This document shows, one piece after another, positions 8,292 to 17,599 of a stretch of 32,000 nt of DNA. Every line of letters begins with the position of its first letter. The first letter of the stretch is position 1. The notes beneath the pieces were generated by a model. It did not search any database. It was not told the DNA's origin and was given only the letters and a program-made list of their open reading frames with translations. The position numbers and the translations under genes are program-made. Source of the DNA: Ktedonobacterales bacterium (GTDB lineage: Bacteria; Chloroflexota; Ktedonobacteria; Ktedonobacterales; JADMIN01); assembly GCA_030167145.1 (NCBI GenBank), contig CP126532.1:4380001-4412000 (forward strand), written 5' to 3'.

Positions 8292-9631
8292 ACGCCGTCG
8301 AGGTGATCCGCCACAAGCGCGACGGCAAGGCGCTCTCCGCTGAGGAGATCGCATGGTTCGTCACGGCCTATACGCACGGTGACGTAACGGACTATCAGAT
8401 GGCGGCGTTCTGCATGGCGGTGGTCTGGCGTGGCATGACGCGCGAAGAGACGGTGGCGCTGACGCTGGCGATGCTGCACTCCGGCGAAGAGTTGCATGCG
8501 CGGGATGTGCTCACGCCGGTGGCGGATAAGCACAGCACCGGCGGCGTGGGCGACAAGGTGACGCTGGCGGTCGCGCCCCTGGTGGCGGCGTGCGGGCTGC
8601 CCATCGCCAAGATGAGCGGGCGCGGGCTGGGGCACACCGGTGGCACGGTAGACAAGCTCGAATCTATCTCCGGCCTGCGGACGGAGCTAGGCCGGGACGA
8701 ATTTCTGGCGCTGGTGAAGCGGCACGGGCTGGCGCTCTCGGCGCAATCGTCGGAGCTTGCGCCCGCCGATGGCATGATGTACGCTCTGCGCGACGTGACG
8801 GCGACGGTAGACAGCATTCCGCTGATCGCGGCGAGCATCATGAGCAAGAAACTCGCGGTTGGCCCGTCGCATCTGTTGCTGGATGTGAAGGTTGGCTCTG
8901 GCGCGTTCATGAAGACCGAGACGGCGGCGCGTCGGCTGGCGCGGGCAATGGTGCAGATCGGCGAGGACGCGGGCGTGCGGACGGTAGCAGCGCTCTCTTC
9001 GATGGAGCAGCCGCTGGGGCGCGCGGTCGGCAACGCGCTGGAGGTGGCCGAGGCGGTAGACATCCTGCGCGGGACCGGACCAGCGGACGTGACGGAACTC
9101 TGCCTGCACGAGACGGCGACGCTGCTGGTGATGGCAGGTATCGCGGATGGCGAACCGGATGGCCATGCGCGCGCCGAACGCGCCGTGCGCGATGGCTCCG
9201 GGCTGGCGAAGCTGGCCGAGGTGGTCGCGGCGCAGGGCGGCGACGCGCGGCAGATCGAGGATACGTCGCTGCTGCCCAAAGCGCCGGTGCGCGTGGAAAT
9301 CGGTGCGCCGCAGAGTGGCTACATCACGGCGATGGACGCCGAGCGCATCGGCATGGCGTCAGTGCGGCTGGGCGCGGGACGCATGCACAAGGGCGACCCG
9401 ATTGATCCCGCCGTCGGGCTGGTGCTGCTGGCGAAGGCTGGCGACTGGCTGGACGCGGGCGCGCCACTGGTCGAGGTCCACGCCCGCAGCGAAGACGACG
9501 TGCAGGCCATCCGTGACGGCTTGCTGGGCGCATACACCTGGGGCGACGAAGCGCCCGCGCTCACACCGCTGCTGCTAGGGAGCGTGGGGCGCGAATCACG
9601 ACGGACGCGCAAGAGCGCGACTCGTAGCTAA
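8288..9631 (+). CDS. pdp: pyrimidine-nucleoside (thymidine) phosphorylase
   Basis: Motifs DKHSTGGVGDK and MSGRGLGHTGGTVDKLESI. Full-length architecture of about 430 aa. Confidence 0.95.
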   Translation: MNAVEVIRHKRDGKALSAEEIAWFVTAYTHGDVTDYQMAAFCMAVVWRGMTREETVALTLAMLHSGEELHARDVLTPVADKHSTGGVGDKVTLAVAPLVAACGLPIAKMSGRGLGHTGGTVDKLESISGLRTELGRDEFLALVKRHGLALSAQSSELAPADGMMYALRDVTATVDSIPLIAASIMSKKLAVGPSHLLLDVKVGSGAFMKTETAARRLARAMVQIGEDAGVRTVAALSSMEQPLGRAVGNALEVAEAVDILRGTGPADVTELCLHETATLLVMAGIADGEPDGHARAERAVRDGSGLAKLAEVVAAQGGDARQIEDTSLLPKAPVRVEIGAPQSGYITAMDAERIGMASVRLGAGRMHKGDPIDPAVGLVLLAKAGDWLDAGAPLVEVHARSEDDVQAIRDGLLGAYTWGDEAPALTPLLLGSVGRESRRTRKSATRS

Positions 9632-10869
9632 GCTGACTTGCGGCGGGCGCCTGCGCGGCTGACAAAGAGCGCGCCCAGCAGGAAACCAGCGGCCAGCCCT
9701 CCGAAGTGGTCCATGTAGCCAATGCCGGGGACGCTGACCGAAAACACGATGTTGAGAATCAGAAAGAAGAGCCACTGGCCGATTGCGGCATTGGCTGCGG
9801 ACCCAAGCTGGCGACGACGCAGCAGGATGAATGCGCCGTATGCGCCGAAGATGCCAAAGATCGCACCTGATGCGCCTAGAGATGGGATCCCTGACGCGGT
9901 AAATGCCTGAGCGATACCACCGACAATGCCTGACGCGAAGTAGATCAGCGCATATTTACCGCTGCCGAAGATGCGCTCCGTCACCATACCGACGGCGTAG
10001 AGCGACCACATATTGACGCCGACATGCAACCAGTTGAAGTGCAGAAACATTGAGGTCAGCAAGCGATACGCCTGTACAGGGTCGTGCTGAATCAAGAGAC
10101 CCTGCAAGACACCGAAACCATAGATAGGATTAGGCGCGCCAACCAAAAGATTCGTGGAGGTGTCTACGTATACGCCCGTATACGGGGTGAGAAGATTTGT
10201 GGAGAGCAGACCACACAGCGCGAAGACCACGAGGTTCGCGATAATCAAGGAGACGGTGACGATGGAGGTGTTGCGCGTGGCGAAGCGCGCTCGCACCATC
10301 TGGCGCTCAACCTGCGAACGCTCGCTCCAAGGACGTGGCTGCGCCGTGGTGACGGGTCGGGTGCTGGGTGGCGGAGCTGGCGCTGGCGCTGCCCACGGGC
10401 TGGCGGGGGCGTCTTCCACCTTCGGGAAGAGCTGGCTTAGCTCACGATTGCCAGAGAGACGCGCGGATTTCGCTTCGGCGAGCGCCGCATCGCCGTTGCG
10501 ACCCAGCCGCCGCAGGCAGTAGCCGCGTAGCGCATGGGCGTAGGCGCGGCCAGGGTCCAGCGTCTCGACGCGCTCAAGTTCGGTAAGCGCGGCATCGTAG
10601 CGGCGGTCCAGCACGTAGAGGATGGCTCGCGCGAGCGCGCCATCCGCGCTATCGGGGGTTAGCTCGAGGACACGGCGGCAGGCTACGTAGACGATGCCAT
10701 ACGCGCCCAGCGCTAGATTCACCTCGGCGAGTCCCAGATGCGCGCGGGCCAGCGTGGGATCGGCCTGCACCGCCTGGCTGAAGTCAGCGCCTGCGGATTG
10801 CACCTCGCCGCGCAACACGGCTTGCTCACCCCGCTCCACCAGCGCGCGCGCGTCCGTCAATTGCTCCAT
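9628..10869 (-). CDS. rhomboid-family intramembrane serine protease with N-terminal TPR-like region
   Basis: FLHFNWLHVGVNMWSLY, catalytic GASGAIFGIFGAY, and distal His in GYMDHFGGLAAG. The N-terminal ~130 aa are TPR-like helical repeats. The stop overlaps the pdp stop (convergent, 9628-9631). Confidence 0.9.
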   Translation of the reverse strand: MEQLTDARALVERGEQAVLRGEVQSAGADFSQAVQADPTLARAHLGLAEVNLALGAYGIVYVACRRVLELTPDSADGALARAILYVLDRRYDAALTELERVETLDPGRAYAHALRGYCLRRLGRNGDAALAEAKSARLSGNRELSQLFPKVEDAPASPWAAPAPAPPPSTRPVTTAQPRPWSERSQVERQMVRARFATRNTSIVTVSLIIANLVVFALCGLLSTNLLTPYTGVYVDTSTNLLVGAPNPIYGFGVLQGLLIQHDPVQAYRLLTSMFLHFNWLHVGVNMWSLYAVGMVTERIFGSGKYALIYFASGIVGGIAQAFTASGIPSLGASGAIFGIFGAYGAFILLRRRQLGSAANAAIGQWLFFLILNIVFSVSVPGIGYMDHFGGLAAGFLLGALFVSRAGARRKSA

Positions 10870-11085
10870 CTGGTGTTCATCCTATCTCGCCATATCTCAT
10901 GCCGCCAGGGCGGCAGTGTCGTTCGGTTCTTAATGGGGCAGCGCGAAGCCGCGCGCCTTCCCTATAGTGTACAGGTTTCGGGCCACCCCAGTTGCAGGAG
11001 ACGCGAAACCCTCATCGTCTTCACATTTTTGGGCGTCACACCCTCACCGGCACTATACATCTTGTGTACGAACTCAGGGACAATT

Positions 11086-12003
<918 letters not shown>

Positions 12004-12266
12004 ATGCCCTCTGCCCTCACTCGCTCGATGTGGTTGCGCTGACGCCGGATCATACGTCGCCGGAATGCGCTCGCACCGATTATAGACTGCCACCGCGTCG
12101 CGCCGCCAGAATGCATGCGGGCTGGCTATGCGAATGCGGGCGTCGTACTGTGACCCATAGGTGAAGATGTGAAACAATCCATACCACAACTGGCTCTAAT
12201 GCTATTCAGTAGCCTGCGTGGGCCAGGCAGCGCCGCGTCGTGCCACAAGAAACTAGGGGAAACACT

Positions 12267-13118
12267 ATGGCGGAGACACCGACTATCGCCGACAGCTACA
12301 CGTTTGATCCGTTTGCGCGGCACAAGTTTTACCACGACGTCAACCTGTCGCTGGTACGAACGGCTATCGAACGGCTGGATCGCGACAAGCCCACCGGCGA
12401 GCGGGTGCGGGTGGTCGAATTGGCATCAGGAACCGGCGCGGTCACAGAGTTGATTCTCGATGAACTGGCGCGGCTGGGTCGGCCAGCGGAGGTCATCGGG
12501 GTCGAGCCGTCGTTCGAGGCCATCGCCGTCGCCCGCGAGCGGCTGGCGAACCGCGAGGTGCGCTTCGAGCAGGGCGATGTAGATCAACTGGTGCAGGTCG
12601 TGCCATCCGCCGACGCGGTCTTCTTCTGCAACGCTATCCATCTGGTGCCCGACAAACACGAGGTCATCGGCAAGATTGCGCGTGTGATCGCGCCAGGCGG
12701 CCTCTTCGCCTGCAATAGCTCGTTCTTCGAGGGCGCGTATGCGCCCGGCAGCGAGCGCTTCTATCATCTTTGGACCCGCCGCGCCCTCGGCTGGATGCGT
12801 CAGCATCACCCGGAAGCGCGGGTCTCGCGCGAGAAGAAGGCCACCGCAATGCAATGGCTCAGCGCGAGCGAATATGCGGATCTGCTGAACGATAGCGGGC
12901 TGCGTGTCGTCACCGATGAGCACGAGGTGGCGCTGATGCCGTTGCGCTCCTGGCAGGACATCGGGCGCTACTGGCTTTTCATCGAGGGCGCGCTCCCTGG
13001 GGTGCCGATTCCCATCGGCGCGGATGCGCTGGAGTACGCGGCAGCCGAAGCGTTCACCGAACTGAACATCAGCGAGGTGCCGCGCATCTGGCTGCAACTT
13101 GTCGCGCAGAAGGCGTAA
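12267..13118 (+). CDS. class I SAM-dependent methyltransferase
   Basis: Motif I VVELASGTGAVTE, post-I VIGVEPS, and motif II-like DAVFFCNAIHLV. The ATG at 12267 is preceded by AGGGGA. Confidence 0.85.
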   Translation: MAETPTIADSYTFDPFARHKFYHDVNLSLVRTAIERLDRDKPTGERVRVVELASGTGAVTELILDELARLGRPAEVIGVEPSFEAIAVARERLANREVRFEQGDVDQLVQVVPSADAVFFCNAIHLVPDKHEVIGKIARVIAPGGLFACNSSFFEGAYAPGSERFYHLWTRRALGWMRQHHPEARVSREKKATAMQWLSASEYADLLNDSGLRVVTDEHEVALMPLRSWQDIGRYWLFIEGALPGVPIPIGADALEYAAAEAFTELNISEVPRIWLQLVAQKA

Positions 13119-13134
13119 CGCTACAGCGCGAGCG

Positions 13135-13170
13135 GGGGCATGGCGATCTCAGGGTCGGCCATGCCCCTTT
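13135..13170 (+). terminator. intrinsic terminator candidate after the methyltransferase gene
   Basis: GGGGCATGGC (13135-13144) and GCCATGCCCC (13158-13167) form a perfect 10-bp stem with a 13-nt loop, followed by TTTCT. Confidence 0.55.
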
Positions 13171-13213
13171 CTATACCATGAATCCCAAGTCGCTCGCACA
13201 CTATTGGCGGGCG

Positions 13214-14410
13214 TCATACCGTCGGCTGGCGGACGAGCCGGAAACCGGTGTCTTCGGTGCGCTCGCCCATGAAGAGCTGGCTGCGGTGCGCGACGCGCGC
13301 CAGCGTGGCGCGGTCGTTCCAGGAACCGCCCGCGAGGTAGCCGGTGCTCTTGCGCTCCTCGCCCGTAATGGGATCGGGCCGCAGCAGCGGCGAGCCAGGT
13401 GGGATGCCACACCACTCGTTGACGCTGCCGGCCATATCTAGCGCGCCGTAGGGGCTGACACCGCCCGGATACGCGCCTACCGGCGTCGTGTCGCCCGGCC
13501 CGCCATCCTCGGTATTCGCGCGCGCTGGCTCCCAGACATTGCCCCACGGATAGATGCGGCCATCGGTCCCGCGCGCCGCCTTTTCCCAATCCTCCTCCGT
13601 GGGCAGTCGCCACGGCTCGCCCGTCACCTGTGTGAGCCATGCGGCGTAGGCCAGGGCGGTCTTCCAGGAGATCTGCGTGACGGGATGATCGGGGCGCATC
13701 ACTTGTTTCTGCCAGTCGGGGAGCGGTCGCGCGGCCTGCGCCTTCACCGCGTAGGCATACTCGGCCACCGTCACCGGATACTGACCGATCTCGAATGCCG
13801 CCACCTGGACCATACGTTGCGGAAACTCCGCATCAGTGGCCTGCGGGTCGCGAGCGGGGTCGCTGCCCATCAGGAACGCGCCAGCGGGCACGGGGCAAAC
13901 GGGCGGACGGATGACCTCGACGCCATCCACCACCCAGCCGGTGAATCCCCGCTGCGCCAGCGTGGGCGGCACGAGCTGCGGCGCGGGCGCGATCTGCTTC
14001 GGCGCGGGTGGCGCGGGGAAGACTACTGGCGAGCCGAGCGCGGTGAGCACGCGCTGCGCTCCCGTCGGCGCATCCAGCGCGCTCACATCCACCCACTGGC
14101 GCGTCACCAGAAAGCCTTCCACGGCGGTTGGCTTCAGCATCACCGGCAGGATTGTACGGCGGGTCGCCAGCGCCAACTTAACTTCTTCCTGTACCCACGG
14201 CGAAGCCCACGCCTCAGGGGTCAACACCACCACGAAGACCTCACGGCTCTGCACTTCGCGCTGTAACGTCTCGACCCAGGTGGCGCCGCCGGTCAGCCCT
14301 TGCTCGTCATACCAGACATCGTAGCCAGCGCCCTGTAGCGCGGCTACCAGCACCCGGCACCAGGCGTTATCTTGCGTGCTGTGGCTCACGAAGAGACGGG
14401 TAGCAGGCAT
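13214..14410 (-). CDS. TIR domain / FGE-sulfatase (SUMF1-like) domain fusion protein
   Basis: N-terminus: RLFVSHSTQDNAW...VFVVVLTPEAWASPWVQEEVKLAL (TIR_2-like, including the S-x-W...E motif). A Pro-rich linker follows (FPAPPAPKQIAPAPQLVPP). C-terminus: FLMGSD...HPVTQISWKTALAYAAWL...RLPTEEDWEKAARG...YPWGN...GALDMAGSVNEW...GGSWND...DTGFRLV (FGE-sulfatase fold). I chose the ATG at 14410 (GAGGAG upstream, 8 nt after the fabF stop) over the track start at 14437. Confidence 0.85.
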   Translation of the reverse strand: MPATRLFVSHSTQDNAWCRVLVAALQGAGYDVWYDEQGLTGGATWVETLQREVQSREVFVVVLTPEAWASPWVQEEVKLALATRRTILPVMLKPTAVEGFLVTRQWVDVSALDAPTGAQRVLTALGSPVVFPAPPAPKQIAPAPQLVPPTLAQRGFTGWVVDGVEVIRPPVCPVPAGAFLMGSDPARDPQATDAEFPQRMVQVAAFEIGQYPVTVAEYAYAVKAQAARPLPDWQKQVMRPDHPVTQISWKTALAYAAWLTQVTGEPWRLPTEEDWEKAARGTDGRIYPWGNVWEPARANTEDGGPGDTTPVGAYPGGVSPYGALDMAGSVNEWCGIPPGSPLLRPDPITGEERKSTGYLAGGSWNDRATLARVAHRSQLFMGERTEDTGFRLVRQPTV

Positions 14411-14417
14411 CTGTATT

Positions 14418-15662
14418 TCACTCCTCTGGCTTGCCAAGGATCACCACCGCGTTGTGGCCGCCAAAGCCCATCGAGTTCGAGAGCGCCACGCGGATGGCGC
14501 GCTTGCGCGCCATATTGGGCACGTAATCCAGGTCACATTCGGGGTCGGGATGCTCGTAGTTGATCGTCGGCGGCAGCATGCCATCACGCAGCGCCAGCGC
14601 AGTGATGACGATTTCGATGCCACCCGCCGCGCCCATCAAGTGGCCGGTCATAGATTTGGTAGAACTGATAGCAAGCTTGCTGGCGTGCTCACCAAAGACC
14701 GACTTGATCGCCGCCGTCTCCTGGCGGTCGTTGGGCTTGGTCGAGGTGCCGTGCGCGTTGATGTAGTCCACGCGCTCAGGCGCAAGCTCGGCCTTCTTCA
14801 GCGCCCGCCGCAATGCCCGCGCGAGGCCCGCCCCACCCGGCGCGGGATCGGTGATATGGTGCGCGTCAGAGGTGGAGGCGTACCCCAGCACTTCCGCATA
14901 GATCGTCGCGCCACGCGCCCGCGCATGTTCCAGCTCTTCCAGCACGACAACGCCCGCGCCCTCGCCCATCACGAAGCCATCGCGCTCGGCGTCGAAGGGA
15001 CGGCTGGCGCGTTCGGGGTCGTCGTTGCGCCGCGATAGGGCGTGCATGCTGGCGAACGCGGCCAGCGTCATCGGGGTGATGCCCGCCTCCGTGCCACCTG
15101 CAATCATCGCCACCGCGTCGCCGCGCTTGATCGTCTCATATGCTTCACCGATGGCGTTCGCGCCGGTGGCGCAGGCTGAGACCGTGGCGAAGTTCGGTCC
15201 ACGCGCGCCCATGCTCATCGAAACGAAGCCGCACGCCATATCCGCCACCATCTGGGTGATGAAGAACGGGCTAATACGGTCCGCCCCACGCTCAAAGAGC
15301 ACATGAAACTGGTCTTCCAGCGCATGTAGCCCGCCGCTTCCTGAACCGATGACGACGCCAACCTCATCCGCTATGGGGGCGATCTCCAATCCTGAGTCAG
15401 CGACGGCCTGCTGGGCGGCGGCGGCGGCGAAATGAATGAATCGCTCGGTGCGCCGCATGTCTTTGCGGTCGAGATAGGCCAGTGGGTCGAAGTCGCGCGC
15501 CTCAGCCGCAATACGCACATCGTGCTGGCTGGGGTCGAAGCTTGCCACAGTGCCGACGCCGGACCGCCCCTGGAGCAATGCCTCCCAACTGCTCGCCACA
15601 TCGTTGCCCAGTGGCGTCACCATCCCCATACCGCTTATCACTACTCGCGCTGCCATATGCAA
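14418..15662 (-). CDS. fabF: beta-ketoacyl-ACP synthase II
   Basis: Active-site Cys context TVSACATGANAIGEA, His motifs NAHGTSTKPND and TGHLMGAAG, and C-terminus SNSMGFGGHNAVVILG. Confidence 0.97.
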   Translation of the reverse strand: MHMAARVVISGMGMVTPLGNDVASSWEALLQGRSGVGTVASFDPSQHDVRIAAEARDFDPLAYLDRKDMRRTERFIHFAAAAAQQAVADSGLEIAPIADEVGVVIGSGSGGLHALEDQFHVLFERGADRISPFFITQMVADMACGFVSMSMGARGPNFATVSACATGANAIGEAYETIKRGDAVAMIAGGTEAGITPMTLAAFASMHALSRRNDDPERASRPFDAERDGFVMGEGAGVVVLEELEHARARGATIYAEVLGYASTSDAHHITDPAPGGAGLARALRRALKKAELAPERVDYINAHGTSTKPNDRQETAAIKSVFGEHASKLAISSTKSMTGHLMGAAGGIEIVITALALRDGMLPPTINYEHPDPECDLDYVPNMARKRAIRVALSNSMGFGGHNAVVILGKPEE

Positions 15663-15880
15663 ATTCCTCTGTGCTCTCTACCGCGACATGCTCCAAGGCC
15701 ATGCGGACAAAGAAAATCAGCCGTAATAGTACCCCATGATAGCGCGATGGTACAGGGTATTGTGTGCGATCCTGATTGCGGCTTGCCACTATCTGATACG
15801 ATAGTGGGGCGCGGGAACGCGGAATGCCGTGTTTCTGAGGAGCGCAACACGGGGATGTCTGCCGAAGGGGAATGGGATTC

Positions 15881-17461
15881 ATGAGGAAGGGCGCGATCCC
15901 GGTCGTAGCGTTGCTTGCCTGTATACTCGCCGCACTTGCTGGTTGTTCGCAACAGCAGAATACCGTGCGTATCGCTGGCACGATTCAGGGCGACGCGGCC
16001 AACTCAAGCACATCATCGTCGGCGACCATTGCGCCAGTGGCAGGGAAAGTCATCTGCAACGGCACGACGGTGAAAGCCGCCAGCGACGGCAGCTACGCAC
16101 TGACAGTGCCAGCCGCCAAGTCGTACACCTGTGTCGCGTCCAGCCCACCCGCGTATGGCGAGCAGCAGGTCATCATCAGTGGTCACACCGAGAAGAGCAT
16201 CGCGCTGAACTTCGGCACATCGCAGGCGCCCGCCTGCCAGTTGAATCGGATCTCCTTCGCGATTGACTGTCAACGGCTGCACTTCCAGCCTGGCGAACTG
16301 CATGGGCGCGTCACATTCACGCATAGCGGCGGCCCGGCCGCCAATATCAATATTCAGTGCCCGGACCTCGACCATTACACTGGAACCAGCAATGATGGCT
16401 CCGTTCAGTGGGTGCATACCAGGACCGATAGCGCGGGCTTTTACACCCTCAAGAACATATCCATTGGGTCATTTAATTGTCTGGCGCAGAACGCCCATGG
16501 CGATGTGACGATGGAACCCATCACCACCAGCCCCGGTAGCAACATCACGGCGGACTTGAAGGTCTGCGACAGCAATTGCCCGCCGGTGAAATACCACTTC
16601 GGCAATGTGATGCACGAGGATCATGTCTACGTGATCTTCTGGCTGCCACCGTCGTATACCTTCGATCCCGCCAACGGCGACGCGCACTACGAATCGCTCA
16701 TCAAGCGCTATTTTCAGGATGTCGGCGGCACGTCGTTCTATAATATTCTGACCCAATACGGTGATTACCTGGGGCAGATTCGCAACACCGCATCGCTGGC
16801 AGGCGCATGGGTGGATACCAGCCCGTACCAGCATTGCGGGCTGAGCACCACCAACTGCACTCCGGCGGCGGCGACACGCGCCGATCCGCTCCTCGATAAC
16901 GATATCCAGTCTGAGGTTGGCCGCGCGGTCAAGGCCAATGTGGGCTGGCGCGCCGATGCCAATAGCTCATTCTTCGTGTTGACCGGCTATGGCGCGCAGG
17001 AATGCATCACCGCTGATGCGAATTCCGGCTGCACCTGGAAGTTCGATAACGGGTACTGCGGCTATCACGACTCGTTCCACATCAACCCGCAGGACGCCAC
17101 CGCGCCTGAGGCAATCTACGCCTACATTCCCGACGCGATCACCAGTGGCGCAACCTGTTCGTTTGGCTCCGGCGGCAATTTCGTGAGTCCAAACCACGAT
17201 CCACTGGCCGATTCAGCGATCAACGTCATCTCACACGAGCAATTTGAGTCCATTTCGGACCCACTGCCTAATGATGCGCCCGGCTGGTATGATGACGTGG
17301 CGGAGCACACGCGCGAGGGTGGCGAGATCGGCGACAAGTGCGTGACCTTCTACGGCAACATCGGTTCCGATGGCGGCAACGTCTCCCTTAACGGGCATCG
17401 CTATATCGTGCAAGGGGAGTGGAGCAATCTATCGAATTCCTGCGTCATGAGCCAATCGTGA
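15881..17461 (+). CDS. secreted lipoprotein: two CarboxypepD_reg-like beta-sandwich repeats plus EXORDIUM/PHI-1-like C-terminal domain (paralog 1)
   Basis: Signal peptide with lipobox: MRKGAIPVVALLACILAALAG|C. The ATG at 15881 has AAGGGGA 9 nt upstream (track start 15872). The C-terminal domain (about 16577-17458) shows the EXORDIUM-like motif order YHxGxV...V(I/L)xW, CGYH, YAYIPD, SPNxD...HEQFESISDP, GWYD, DKC, NGHRY...W...C. Confidence 0.8.
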   Translation: MRKGAIPVVALLACILAALAGCSQQQNTVRIAGTIQGDAANSSTSSSATIAPVAGKVICNGTTVKAASDGSYALTVPAAKSYTCVASSPPAYGEQQVIISGHTEKSIALNFGTSQAPACQLNRISFAIDCQRLHFQPGELHGRVTFTHSGGPAANINIQCPDLDHYTGTSNDGSVQWVHTRTDSAGFYTLKNISIGSFNCLAQNAHGDVTMEPITTSPGSNITADLKVCDSNCPPVKYHFGNVMHEDHVYVIFWLPPSYTFDPANGDAHYESLIKRYFQDVGGTSFYNILTQYGDYLGQIRNTASLAGAWVDTSPYQHCGLSTTNCTPAAATRADPLLDNDIQSEVGRAVKANVGWRADANSSFFVLTGYGAQECITADANSGCTWKFDNGYCGYHDSFHINPQDATAPEAIYAYIPDAITSGATCSFGSGGNFVSPNHDPLADSAINVISHEQFESISDPLPNDAPGWYDDVAEHTREGGEIGDKCVTFYGNIGSDGGNVSLNGHRYIVQGEWSNLSNSCVMSQS

Positions 17462-17599
17462 CACGGCTTCACACTGCGTTACTGTACTTGGAAATCGCCA
17501 CTTGCATGCCGCTGATATGCTGGAGTGGCTCCGCCTAGATGGAAAGCATCGGCGGCGCGCTTGTGCTGTGGCGTCGGCAGCGGTGATGAGGTGCGAAGC

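Noticed and set aside
8395-9405. 294-aa (-) and 271-aa (+, other frame) ORFs inside pdp
   Set aside because: They overlap the well-supported pdp frame. Their low-complexity Arg/Ala/Ser/Gly content indicates alternative-frame artefacts.
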